Source of the DNA: Azolla caroliniana
Lineage: Eukaryota; Plantae; Polypodiophyta
DNA: 64,000 bases
Direction: 5' to 3'
NCBI GenBank assembly: GCA_043228905.1
Contig: JBHGNT010000002.1
Coordinates: 14,322,001 to 14,386,000 of the forward strand
The first letter of the stretch is position 1; each line of letters opens with the position of its first letter. Positions 23,180 to 37,221 of this stretch are shown in pieces. Below the pieces are notes generated by a model, which worked only from the letters and a program-made list of their open reading frames with translations, was not told the DNA's origin and did no database searches. Made by a program: the position numbers and the translations under genes.

Positions 23180-23773
23180 GGCCGGGTTTCTTCGATATCT
23201 ACCCGTCTCTGGCGCATACCGGTGGATGCGCGGTTTGGTGGGGGTGGATGTCGTGAAGAAAACCGGCCATAGGCGGAATCGGAGAGAAAGCGCGTAAATC
23301 GGCCCTTACACGGATGGACGCGTGACTTGATATTTTGTACACGAACCGGTGGATGTAAATACTAAGCCGCACGCATTTATTAGGGGGGGATTGTGCGTAT
23401 CCCGGTGAGAGGGACAGGGAATAAAGGGAGGAGGACAATGGAAAACTGGCATCGCGTGCGAGGAGGAAGAAAGCGGGGGGGCTGCAGAACGGAAGAGGGA
23501 GCTCTCTCTCTTCGACGCGGATCGTCGCTCTCTGCGGGAGTCAGGAGGTCGTTGCCTCTGCTTCGTGGACAGACCGTGTGCTTCCAGCAGAGTCGCTCCC
23601 TTTTCCCCTTTGTTTCTTTGAGTCGTGTGACTGTCGTCAATGTGCGTGAGTAGGGTCCCCGCGTCGGGTCCGTCGCCGCTTTGTCGGTTGTAACTGTCGG
23701 AGTTTGTAATCTCTTGCCATTATAATTAGGTGTTACGTTCTATATCTCTCTTTCTCGCTTCTACGTGTCGGTG

Positions 23774-23818
<45 letters not shown>

Positions 23819-26590
23819 CTCTTCGGTCCGAGACCCCCGTGGTCCTGCCCCTTTCTACACATACGCGCGTAACAACACGACAACGCGTAGAGGAAAAAGG
23901 AAGCAGAAGATGCCGGAATATGACACCGGTAGGGAAGAGTCGGATCAAAGCAAATCTGGCTCCAGAAAGCATAAAAACGGACCTCTAGAGAAGAGGTCAG
24001 AGTCGGCCAAAAGGGCCATCAAATCGGCGGAGCAGAAATTGTGCCGATCTACCCACCAGAAGCACCCCTAGTTCGATACGGATACGACGAATACATGGTG
24101 CATCATTATGCGTACATGATAAAGGTGGCAGAAGTGCATGGGCCGGAGAGCTACGTAGAAGCGGCAAAGGACGCAAATTGGCATGCCACTATGGAGGAAA
24201 AGATGCACGCTCTCACGGAGAACGACACATGGGACCTGGTTGACGTTCCAAAGGAAGTGAAGCTGATCGGATGCAAGTGGTTGTATAAGGTCAAGTAAAA
24301 CATCAGCGGCTCTGTCAACCGATACAAGGCCCGGTTAGTGGCAAAAGGCTATGCGCAGCAACATGGCATCGACTACGATGAGACCTTTGCGTCAGTTGCA
24401 AAGATGGTGATCGTTCGTGTCTTGCTCGCGGTAGCTTCGGCAAAGGGGTGGCATTTACATCAAATGTATGTAAAGAATGCAATCCTGCAAGGCGAGGAAC
24501 AGGTGTGCATGGTACAACCCCACGGATTTCTTTCCGGCATGAACACGTCAGTTGTTTGACGGCTGAAGAAGTCCCTTTACGGACTAAAGCAAGCCCAGTG
24601 CGCTTGGAACGTGAAGATCACGTAGCGACTATGTCGGATGGGGTTGGCCACGTCAAAGTCTAACTCTTCACTTTTCATCTAACAAGATCGGAGTGGGCCA
24701 GCTAGTATTTTACTTTACGTTGATGATATAGTCATCACCGGTGCCAACCAAGAAGAAATCGGGTGCATCAAGTCCTAGTTAGCAGCATCATTCAACATGA
24801 AGGATCTGGGGGACCTTCATTACTTCCTCGGGATCGAAATGATCCGCACCCCCGGAAGCATACTGATCAACCAGTGACATTATGTATTGAGTATGCTCTT
24901 CATGTTCAGAATGACGGAGTGCAAATCCGTCTCAACTCCTCTGGATAGGAATGTGAAGCTTCGTCCCGACTCCGAAATGGCATGTGATCTGAAACAGTTC
25001 CAGGAGATAGTCGGAAGCCTTATCTACTTGACCATCACCCAGCGGGACCTCAACTATTCGGTGGGCCTGATTAGTCAATTCATGGTGCATCCAACCATGC
25101 AACACCTTTAGTGCGCACAACGCATACTTAGGTATGTCAGTGGCACCAAGGACCGGGGGTTGCTATATCAGGCCGGTGTAGCCAAACAGTTTGTCCGCTA
25201 CACGGATGTCGACTAGGTCGGAAATGTCGGCGACCACAAGTCCACATCCAGTTATGTGTTTTCACTTGGAAGCGTCGCGGTTGTCTAGAGCAGCAAGAAG
25301 CAACCGATAGTTGCATTGTCGAGCACCGAGGCCGAGTATCGAGGACCAACTGTCGCAACATGTGAAGCCATATGTCTCAAGAGGTTACGAAAGGATCTAA
25401 AGATGGAGGTGTCCAATCCGACGACAATCTATTGTGACAACCTTAGCAGCATCCAACTTGTGAAGAACCCGTCTTCCACGCCTAGACCAACCACATTGAG
25501 GTGCACTATCATTTTTTCCACAAGCGAGTTCTTTCCGAAGAGCTCAAACTGGTGTATGTTCTGACGGATCGACAAACTACTGATATCTTCACCAAACCCC
25601 TTGGTGTGGACAAATTGTGGCAATTTTTGGGTGTGCTTGGCTTGCAGCACCTCGACGTGCCGAACTTGAGGGGGAGAAATAGAGGAAGCCGAAGACAGAT
25701 ATATGGGGAGCTAAGGGGACGAGCTGATGCTGGAACCAACCGTACAAGGGGGAGGTAAAGCCAAGAAGGCCAAGACCCTGACATGGTCTGATGTGGTAAA
25801 GGGCCTGGACAATGAGGATGAATTGGAGACAGCCAATTCGGAAAAAAGCTAGAAGGAATCCGAGGTAGTCGATTCGGAAGAGGTGATTGATTCAGAGGAG
25901 CCAAATCAACTAAAGGCCAAACGAGCACGAAGGCAATGGAAGTCAACACCGATAGGTCGAGAAGCGCCGAAGTCATAGCAACGAAGGAGCTGAGATGGGC
26001 CTGATGAGGAGACGAGCTAACCGTGAAGGTCGAGGTGTGCAGAAGCAAACGGGTCCTGGAAAGCCGGACCAGACAGGTCGAGGAGCGCGAGCAAGGCGAG
26101 AACACGCCAGGAGGAGTTGGAGGAAAGGACCGCCAGACACTGACATCACGATCCTTCCTCAAGTTGAGCTTGAGGGGGAGTGTTGAGCGAGCAAGCTCAA
26201 CATGATCCGGATCGGTGTCCAGAATGAGGAGCCGGATCACTGTCCGGATTGGTGTTCGGAACGGAGTGTAACCGGTAGGTCGTTAGAGGCCCACAATCCT
26301 AGCCTAGTATGTAGGCATATCTTTTGGAGTTAGTGACAGTCGCTCAGTACGAGCATTGAAGTATGTGTCAGTACTTTTGTAAGTCCTTTTAAGGACTTGT
26401 ATAAAAGTGCTCGCAGAGCACATTGTATGTACACAACGTTCATTATTTTGAAAGTGAGGTTTTGTTTTCTACTCTCTCTATCTCTCTCTCACCTACCTAC
26501 TCTACGTATTCCACTCTCTGTGTTTCTATTGCAATCTGGTTGAGCCAGTTGTGATATGTGTTTAGCTTCCGCATTATTTCTTTTACACCA

Positions 26591-29330
26591 GTAGGGACGA
26601 GTCAGATTGGAGCAAATCCGACTCCAGAAAGAATGAAGACGGACCTTCGGAGACGAAGTCTGAGTCGGCCAAGAGGGCCCTTAAATCGGATAACGAGAAG
26701 TTACGCCAATCGACCCACTAAAAGAATTTGGTGAAGTGGTATGGGTATAATCAATACATGGCACATCACTATGTGTACATGACTAAAGTGGCAGAAGTGC
26801 GTGAGCCGGAGAGCTACGCAAAAGCGGTGAAAGATGTGAATTGGCATGCCGTGATGGAGGAAGAAATGTGGGCGCTCGATGCAAACAACACATGGGACCT
26901 AGTTGACCTTCCCTGATACTACAAACCGATCGGTTGCAAATGGGTATACAAGGTAAAATATAATGTTGACGGTTCGGCCAACCGGTACAAGGCCCGACTA
27001 GTGTCGAAAGGATATGCATAGACCCACGGAATCAACTACGACAAGACCTTCGCTCCAGTAGCGAAGATGACGACGATTCATGTGGTGCTTGTAGTGGTTG
27101 CAGCAACGGGGTGGCATCTTCACCAAATGGATGTGAAGAATGTGTTTCTTCAAGGCGATCTAGAAGAACAAGTCTATGTGATGCAGCCCCCCGGATTTTA
27201 GTCGAAGATGAGCACGTCGGCAATGTGTTGACTCAAGAAGTCGCTCTATGGCCTAAAGCAAGCCCCCCAAGCTTGGAATTCGAAGGTCACGCACGGTTGC
27301 GTAAGATAGGATTTGCTGCATCCTAATCTGATTCATCGTTGTTCATCCAAAAGGGTCTGAAAGGTTCGGTGTGCATTCTCCTATATGTCGACGACTTGGT
27401 CGTCACCGAACCCAGCCTCCCTGAAATTGGCCAAGTGAAGTCCCAATTGTCAAATGCATTCGAAATGAAGGACCTAGGGGACCTTCACTACTTCCTCGGG
27501 ATCGAAGTGATCCACACCCCCGACAACATATTGTTGTCACAACAGAACTATGTACTCAATATGTTGGACAAGTTTGGCATGACCGAATGCCGACCAGTCT
27601 CAACACCCCTGGACCAGAATCTCAAATTACGTCTAGACTCCAGACCGGCCTGCAATGAGAAATGGTTCCGACAAATTGTCGGAAGCCTTATATATTTGAC
27701 AATCACCCGGCCTGACATCAGCTATCCGGTTGGAGTGATCGGCAAGTTTATGTAGAGGCCGACCATCGAGCACCTCAGTGCACGCATCGCCTATTGAGAT
27801 ATGTGAGCAGCACCAAGGATCGGGGACTGTTATACCGACATAGTATAACCGAAAAGCTCGTCAGTTATACATATACCAACTAGGCTGGTGATGCGTCAGA
27901 TCGTCGGTCAACATCCGGCTTTATGTTCTCTCTTGGTAGCGGGCTTGTTGCATGGAGCAACAAAAAGCAACCGATAGTGGCTCTACTGAGCATTGAGGCT
28001 AAGTATCGGGGTACTATCATCGCCACATGTGAAGCCATATGGCTTCGTCGGTTGTTGCAAGACCTCCAGATCGAAGTACCGACTCCAATCCTGATCTACT
28101 ACGACAACATAAGTAGCATGGAGTTGGCCAAGGACCCCATGTTCCATGCTCGGACGAAGAACATAGAAGTGCATTATCACTTTGTGCGCGAGCGGGTCAT
28201 GTTCGGTGAAGTCAAACTCCGGTATGTTCGAACGGATCGGCAAGTTGCCGACATCATCACCAAACCACTCGGATTGGACAAATTGCAGCATTTTTCGGAG
28301 ATGCTTGGTTTGCAACATCCTCGACATGCCGCACTTGAGGGGGAGAACTGGAATAGGAACTGGGAGAACAGGTAAAAGCATCGAAGAAGCGGCCGGGAAG
28401 AAGCAAGAAAAGACGGACACAAGGAGAGACAAGAAGAAAAAGGACGTCGAGTCAATTGAGGAAGTTGGCATATCCGAAAAGGTCAGAACGAGCGTCGACG
28501 GTCAGAGTCAAGAAGGGCAAAGCCGATCAGAAGAAGATGGCAAGGTCCCAGACATGGTCTAATGTGGTAAAGGGCCTGAAGATAGAGGATGAATTGGAGA
28601 AAGCCAATTCGGACAAGAGCTGGAATGAGTCGGAGGTAGCCAATTTGGAAGAAGTGTTTGATTCAGAGGAGCCGGATCAATTGAAGGCCAAACGAACGAG
28701 AAGGCAACAAAAGTTGACGCCGACGTGGAGGAACCGACGGGTCGTGGAAAGCGGGACCGAACGGGTCGAGGAGTGCGATCAAGGCGGGAAGAAGCCAGGA
28801 GGAGCAGGAGGAAAGGACTGACAGACACTAACACCTCGATCCGAGCTCAAGTTGAGCTTGAGGGGGAATGTTGAGGGAGCAAGTTCAACCTGATCCAGAT
28901 TGGTTGAATAAGTCGGAACCGGACCGGTATTCGGAACGAAGAGCCAGACCGGTGTCCGGATCGGAACAGAGAGCCGAATCGGTGTCTGGAACGGGTGTAA
29001 CCGGTAGGCCATTAGAGGCCTACAATCCTAGCCTAGTACGTAAGCATATTTTTAAGAGTCAGTGTCAATCGCTCGGTACGAGCATTGAAGTACATGGCAG
29101 TACTTCTATCACTCCTTTTTGGACTTGTATAAAAGTGCTCACTGAGCACATTGTATGTACAGAGTACTGAGTTTACTTTGAAATCGAGTTTTACTATTCT
29201 TCTCTCTCTGTCTCTCTCGCTTACTATATATTCACAAGCTTCCATTAAACATTAGTTAGATGTCCTTTGTTGTTATCCAGCTGAGCCAGTTGTGTCTACG
29301 CTTCCGCACAAGTAACTTTTTTATATATAT
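26591..29330 (+). mobile_element. Copia family B copy B2 (RT-RH, 3' extension, 3' LTR from 28869)
   Basis: RT (LLYVDDLVV), RH (HARTKNIEVHYHFVRE), PPT at 28858-28868, LTR TGTTGAG...GCTTCCGCA; right end approximate. Confidence 0.85.
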
Positions 29331-30235
29331 ACTTCTAGCTAGTGGACTCATTGTCTAACAAAATTTAACTTGTCAATCTAAGAAAACATTTATGTTGTTT
29401 GGGATTAACTCATGGAACACATTATTGTTTGTTGCGAGACTAAAAATTTATAATGTTTTCATTAAGCTACCTCACAATTAGAAAGGAAAATTCCGCAATA
29501 TCTTGTATGTATCGGAAATCCAAAAAGTGTGCTTACATAATTTCTGAACGAACTATAAATTCAGTCCTAATGACATAAAAATGTTGCATATCTCTTATTC
29601 CTAATTTTGTTTCTTATTAAACAACATGTATCTAAATGGAAACATGCTTTTCGACTCTCTAATAACCATAAGCATATTTCCTTTGATGTTATTGAGACCT
29701 TTAGTAAAATATTTTGTATTATGTACATATTATGATTTCCAATTTTTAAACTTGTAATAATGTGAATCATAATTTTGCAATCTTTGTTGGTCTCAAGATA
29801 TATATGACTAGACACATTGATAATATGTGTTGCGCATATGTATGTGGCATGCCAACTACATACTTGTGGTTCATAATCAAGTGGAACATTGTGTACATGA
29901 TGATTTTCTATTATGACGGTGGTTATAAATAAGTAGCTCAATCAGTTTTGTGATGCTCGCTGAAGTAGAACATGCCTACCTATATGCAAATTTAGTTACA
30001 CACATGTAAAACACTTGGCACAATTGTGAGTCGTGACTAGTTACACGTGTTTGGTTCAACCGCACATACTCATCAAAACTAATGTTATTGTATAAACATC
30101 CTTGCATTAGTTTTTTATGATAACTGACTAGAGTAGGTTGTTTTATGATTTATATAATTATGGTTTCTTTTACAAGTAATATGAAATCATAATCAGACAT
30201 TGAAATTACATATCTAGTGTCGCTTTCCCTTCGAT

Positions 30236-33200
30236 CTAAGTGTACTTATACCCTTTTATGCTAGACTTATATTGGAATTCGATCACATGCTCAGTCTGAC
30301 CAATCAAGAGGTTATGGAAGCCTGCTCTAATTAACTTTTTTCCTTCACTATTCACAAAACTAAAATGATCACACACATTAAGATTCATTTTAACTTGTGT
30401 GGTCTCTTGGGGATCCAATCCATAAATTCTTCTGAATCCAACTAATTGCTTGATTGGAGCCCCTTGATGGATAATATCCGGTGGAGGATTCCAAAACGCC
30501 ATAACCACATGGTCACCCTTTAAGTTGCCAATGTTTTGCACCATCAAATGTATGTCGAATGCAAGCTTCTCACATGGAACATCATCCACATGAAAGAAGA
30601 TAGCTACACATTAACGAAACATTCACATTGTGAGTAACAACCCCATAAGTAACGGCAAAACAATGACAAGTCATTACCAGTAAACCAAAATCACATATTG
30701 ATCTTAATTTGAATTCATGCCAAACATTATATTATAAGGCAATGCTAGACCCCGAGTAAGAATTCATGGAACCAGTTGCACAATGCACGGTTAATATCTT
30801 ATTCGCCTTACAAGCTTTAGTAATATATTTTTTCCACATAAACTAGTTTTTCATATAAAGCATAATGCTCAACATTGTAAGATGAATAAGCGTACTCCAT
30901 TGAATAATGAAATTTTTGTTTTAGATTACATGTTCCCCGTGTGCTAAGGTTGTGTCACAAATATTGGGATAGTTAAAGTCGAAACTACCAAAAGGAACAT
31001 CTAACAATATCACAAAAACATCACTTTTGCTGGTGATGGGAAATCTGAAATTTTTGTGAGATATAAACATGTATTATAAAGTCTATGGCAAACTTTGCAC
31101 TTCCTCACAAAAGAGGATATATAATGCCTTCTCTTTGTTGATATATATGTAACATAGTTTACTTATGTTTTTGTCAATCTAGTAGAGGATTGCGAATATT
31201 ACACAAGCATTTATTAATTATACTTCTACCTCGAAATTTTAGTGCTAATTATGTATCTTACTGCGATGAAGCCATGAAATTAATTAAGTAAAATGCAAGC
31301 TCCCATCAGAAATCATGAAATGTATATTGAAAGTGTGAAACAAAACAGATTTGAATGGTTTATATGGGCATACCATGGGGAATGTCAACATCATTGGATA
31401 ATGTCGAAAATGTATGGGTGAGATTGTTATAAGGTTGCCTCAGGTGGAGGCCTATGGAGGATGGAGGCGAGAGCAAGGTATGAGAGAAGGTGGTAAAGCT
31501 CAAGCCATCACCGAATTCGTAGAGTGTTTCCCCGGTGTAAAATCGATATGTCCGGCCTAGATAACCTGTTGACGTATTGGGCCTCATGTGCATGTCGGTC
31601 ATCGCGACACTCGTGTAACTCTCAGGGTACCAACTCATGGGCAATCTTCCAGCTGCAATGTTGTAAGAACATAAGAAGAAAATATATAAGTAATAGTAGT
31701 ACCTCACAAATCTCGCATACTTAGTAGTAGTTACTAGTAATAGCATGCATGCTTCTTTCTACGTTAAACTTACATATTTACACTACCACCGAGATATATA
31801 TATATATATATATATATATTAATTATAATATGTGTGTGTGTGTGTAAAATTTGGGCCTGCCTGGATTGTGGTCTCCGAATATGACCTCAGCGATGGCTTG
31901 GCCGCCCCCTTCCCCAGGGTAGCCCACCCACAGAATGCTGGAGATCTGAGGGAGCTCCTGTGCGAACCCTATGTCCACCGGCCCACCCGACATGACCACC
32001 AGCACGATGGGCTTCCTCCCCCCACCGGAGGAGGAGGAAGAAGAAGCAGTAGCAGCAGCTACCACCTGAAGAAGCAGATGTGGCTGTCGGCCGGGCAGCC
32101 CCAAGGCGGTTCTGTCCAAGCCTTCCCTCTCTTGGGACTGGTCCAGCCCCATTATGAGCACCACCGCGTCCGCCCCCTCCACCGCCGCATTCACCGCCTC
32201 CTCCTCCTCCTCCTCCTCCTCCTCCTGGCATGCCACGTCACCACAACCTGCTTCATACACCACCTTCATCCCGTATGCACCCAGCCCATGCAATGGTGTC
32301 GTGTATCCACACGGAACCCCTGCACCCGCACCCGCACCCGCACCCAATATCAATATTTATTTCAGATCTTTTTATTCTTTCTATGCATCCCACATACATA
32401 CATACATACATACATACATACATACATACATACATGCACACATACATATATGGACCACAAAAATTGGCAGGCAGGCAGGCAGGCAACTACCACTACTACC
32501 ACGAGAGTATCAGACTTTAGGGCATTCATTAAAACCATCTCACTCCTGCCTGCACCTCCTTACCCACCTGCATAGTTACCAATCATGGTAGATGTAACGT
32601 TCGCATTCGGCCCGATGACGGCTAGGGTTTTGATTGCACTCGACGAGAGGGGGAGCCCAGTTGTCCCCGGAGTGTTCTTCAGGAGGACAATCCCTTGTCT
32701 TGCCGCGTCTATAGCTAGATCTCTATGCTCTCTTGTGCACACATCGGATGCCCTTAACATGCTGAATGGACCAGCGTCAGGGTCTAATGGGTCTCCATTG
32801 AAGTAACCTAGCCTCATCAAGACACTATACAAGTAGGATAAAGATTCATCTATTCTACTCTCATCCACTTTCCCTTGTGATATAGCTCTAGCTGTATAGT
32901 TTGCCAAAAACACCCCACAATTCATGTTTAATCCTGCATCACATTTAATGTTTTGAGACACATATCAAGTAGTTAGCCAAGCTCATATAATCTGGATAAT
33001 AACCGGAATCGTGTAAGTTAATTGTCAAGAGTAGTAAAGATGAGATGGATGATTCAGACGATGATTATTAGTAACTATGTAACTAACACACCGGCAAGTA
33101 TCGAATCTGCCGCTGCATCTTCGGGTGTTCCAGTATAGTGAATTGCATCATATAGCACCTCTACAGAATCACAATCTGAAGCCACATATCTATACGGACG

Positions 33201-34765
33201 ACAAGGAAATCATAAACAGTAATATATGACTCATGATCAGAAACTTATAATATATGTATTCACAGACAGACAGACAGACAGATAGATAGATAGAATGCAC
33301 AGTGAGTTGTTACCCATTCAATCCCCATTGGTTTCTCACTGTTCCCACCAACAACTCTTTGTCCACACAACTTGGAACACCGTTGATACGGTTATAGGAG
33401 CACATGACACACGCTGCATTGCCATTTGTAATGCAATTCTTAAATGGAGGTTGATATGTGTCATCCATATCTTGTTGTGTCACCTGAACTCATCATATGT
33501 CAAATGTTTTTTGTGCAAATAAACAGGATTTGATTATATATATATATATATATAGTCTAGCATTCTGGGTTCAAAATGGCAAAATAAGAACTGCATGATA
33601 TATTTATTTAGCTACATAAAGTTCAAGATCAATCAATGAATGGGTGACAAAGACAAATATTAGACTTTCAGTTAGAATATGTAATTCAATTCCCCTTTGG
33701 GGGTTTGGTTCACCACAATTGTATTGTATTGTATTGTATTGGCTCACGACGACGACGGACCTGGGCATCGAAATGGAACCTGTCCACCCCTTCCCAGTTG
33801 TCGAGATCATAGGCGGTGTAATGCTTGCAGCAGGCTGCCACCTTCAAGTCTTGATGAGTGGGAGTGGGAGTGGAAGCAGCAGCAGCAGCAGCAGCAGCGT
33901 CCCCCACCACATCTTGCAAGCCTCGCACGTAGTTGATGGCGTACTGGCTTGCGAGGAAAGGATCTTCTCCGGCTGTTTCTTGAGCGCGGCCCCATCGCGG
34001 GTCCCGAAGGATATTGATGTTGGGGCTCCAGAACGTCAATCCAGAGTGACCTTCGTTGTACATAGCCCTGGCTTCACTGGACACCGCCTGCGTGCGTGCG
34101 TAGCCACCAGGGTCCAGCGCCATACATATAACATAACGTTAAAATTCCATACATACATTAAAATTACATAGGACAAGGCCAATCACCCTCAAGAAGGACG
34201 TGTTCATACATACATACATACATACATACATGGCCATAGAACATACACATACATATACATGGTCATACATACATGGCCATAGAACATACACGTACGTACG
34301 TACATACATACATACCTGACCAATGGCATTCCAAAGTGAGGTGTTGAATGAGGCAGCAAGAAGGATGACTTGTGGGAAGCTAACTGCCCCCGGCACAGAG
34401 CCACCGAATGTGGTGCCTGGTCCGGTGTTGGAAACCCCATGGAGTGCTTCTGACCACCACTCGTATGGTGGTATACCAAGTCTCGCCACTCCAGATGCGC
34501 TATTGATGAGTTGTGCCACCTTCTCATCCAACGTCATTCTGCTCACCAAGTCGACCACCCTCTCATCCATTGGGAGGGATTTATTGCAAAACGGATAGGT
34601 TGATGTTGCATGGTCATGTTGTGAATTACATGGGTAGCGTGGACCCGTAGTAGTACTAGTACTAGCTGTAATGTGAATTACTCCTCCACATATTGAATAT
34701 GAGAGCACTAGGAGTGAGGCAACCATGAGTTCATTAAAAAATGTATATGTATTATTGATGGTCAT
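30236..34765 (-). CDS. BXL: GH3 beta-xylosidase / alpha-L-arabinofuranosidase, 8 exons: 34765-34316, 34087-33761, 33483-33314, 33189-33092, 32933-32568, 32319-31861, 31652-31374, 30603-30236
   Basis: Signal peptide; motifs [65 protein letters not shown]; splice sites keep the frame. Confidence 0.93.
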
Positions 34766-37221
34766 TATTAAAGATTATCAACCATTAATTGTCTATACTT
34801 AACTTTACCTCTTTTTAAATTGTTAAGAGCTTCCTTATTAAATATTATCTACCATTAATTGACTATACTTAGCATTTACCAATGTTTCCTTCCTTAAGTT
34901 GGCAAGCACATACCTCCTCTAAGGAACCAAAGAATTGAAGTCTCTTTATCATTATTCTTAGGCTTTGCTTCCAAGGTAAACATTAGAAGTTATGGGTACC
35001 TTTCAATGGCATATATGTATCTAAGCTCACGCATGCCATGAATGAGTTTTTAAGCGTGGAGTGAACACCTCATTTTGTGTTGTCTCAATCAAAAGTTTTG
35101 TATTGTGGTCTCGATTTCCATATTGAGCATGAGAAAAGTAAAATTACCTCTAGTCCATAAATGAGAAGAATTAAAAGTTGTTACATTTGTTGTTATTAGA
35201 CACAAATATTTTTAACTCACCTTTAGGAATAGACTTAATGAGTCGTAATTGAATTTTCGACAATAACCATCGTGTTACATCATCTATAATCCATTCGATA
35301 CCCAAGGTTACAATTGCAACGCATCACAACAATTGCCATGGAACAATGTGAAGCCATTGTGTTTTCCAAAAGAAGATATTCTTCATTAGTAGACTTCACC
35401 ATTGTGTTTTATATGTCACATAATAATTTTTATGTAGATACTACTACCTACAACCCTCATATGTCTCTTCGCATACACCATTTTAATATTCTGAGAATAT
35501 GGCCAATGTGTGGGGACTATATATATAATATATCTATTATCAATTTTTTGTCCGCCAAATAGGTTCCAATATAATGCTCTCTTGACAAAATGCAAGCAAT
35601 TTCTCTTTTGGTTGAAACTAAAATTACATATATAAAGTTTATTTTTCTTTATATTGCTTCTTGAGACTCTTCTTCCATCTTGGAGAAATACCACATTTCA
35701 ACTTGCACTTGTGTTGGAGGGATGAATATTAGTTGTATGGAAGTTTTTATTTTGGTTAGAACCTTTATTGATCATCCATATACCGCAACGAATTCATCAT
35801 GACACATACAAGATATTACAAGCTAAAAGCAGCATATGAAAAGCATTGCCTCTACACATCAAGTAAGAAATTTTAAATAACAAGAATGATTGCTTATGGG
35901 TCATGTGTTACCTTCGTGAAAGTCTAAAATTTAAATATATACATATGATGGTTAGCAATGTTGTGTTCAATATCAAAATTCTTCACCGTTTTAGCTTTTG
36001 AGATATTGCACACAACTTTTGCTCCTAAATTAACTTGGCCATCTTATAGTGTTTGAACTTTGACATTTTCCCCACATTGTAGAAAATTTACTTTGCAATT
36101 ATCCACAAATATTACACTATATGCCCTGTTAACGACAAGTTCATTAATGCAAATCATTAGAGATGGATATGAATCCTTTTCACCAACAATAACTACATCA
36201 TACATGATTGCCATCACCCACAAAATCATTTCAAATCACTTTGACATGTTTAAGCTATTATTGCTTGTTGGTTCACAAAGTTGTGTTGAATTTTTAGAAC
36301 TCAAATACATTCACATGATGGTGTAGCACTTTGCAACAACACTAATGGTTGTTGGTTAACAATACAATTTATGTTCACTATAGTTTCAGATGATGCTAAT
36401 AGCAACAATTTTCTTGTAGAACTGGCATTACCAACATTTCGACATTTCGACTTTCCACGAACATATAGCATTAGAAAAACTCTTGCATTTAGGATATTAA
36501 AGTAATTTTGGTGCTCTTCATAATTTGAGATATCTGAAATTTTGGCTTTACAACATTATGACCTTAACAATGTGTCCGCGCATGTGATTGTGTTTGAGAT
36601 AATTATGGATCCAAAATTATACAATTTCTAATTATTAGTTATAATATGCATGCCCTTTAAAATCATAAATTCATTATCTTTGGACCTTGCTTTAAAACTA
36701 TGACAAAAGAGGGAGAAAGCAAAAATGGTACACACACCTTAGAGCCAAGATGAGAATGAGAGAATGGGAGAGAGTGAGAGTGAATCACAAAATCAGGGAA
36801 TGGTTACAAATGGGGAGTAATCCTCCTTATATAGGCAAAAAATGCATGTTGGGACTAGTTGTTGGGCTAACAGTTGGGGACCACCCGTTGGGATAGGGCC
36901 AACCACATGGCGAGGATCTAACTTGGAGCATCTCAACAATTTGATGGAACTTTGATGTTATGATGTAAACTACATATGTATGGAGGACACATGTGGGAGT
37001 AACAGAATTTAAAGAGCTTGTCGAGCCATGATGGACATTGGAGATGAATGGGCACTAGATAATGCAACAACAGAATTGAACCCCAAAGACCCAAGACCCA
37101 AAGAAAGACCTTTGTGTTGAATGTCTTGAGACCGTGTGGAGTCAAAATGAAACTAAGCGATGTTGATTTTTTTGTTTGTGCATGTATGTACTGGGAGTGC
37201 ATAGGGTATGACTTGACTACT

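Larger units (their letters stand above)
16925..23882 (+). mobile_element. Full-length but mutated atypical Ty3/Gypsy element G
   Basis: LTRs at 16925-17543 and 23249-23882; flanking ACGC duplication; PPT at 23237-23248; domain order gag (CMWCDAIGHIRKDC), PR (DHGSEIN), RT (FLDN), RH, IN; no chromodomain. Confidence 0.95.
9498..26590 (+). mobile_element. Degenerate Copia family B copy B1, interrupted by Copia A2 and Gypsy G; 3' LTR 26181-26590
   Basis: Gag reading (ELQSMLLIE|ENHVG) continues across the A2 insertion. PR (WYVESRASN), IN (LRSDGGKEY), RT/RH at 23883-25680, PPT TTGAGGGGGAG at 26170, LTR TGTTGAG...ACACCA. Confidence 0.85.

Noticed and set aside
27015-27025. TAG in KGYA*THG of B2 as a third shared readthrough site
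   Set aside because: Different family and one codon offset; B1 has CAG there and B2 has many other stops, so this is simple deamination. It does show that such CAG codons mutate readily.
35000-36900. Possible decayed DNA transposon between BXL and the PPR gene
   Set aside because: No termini, TSD or convincing protein motif could be identified by eye
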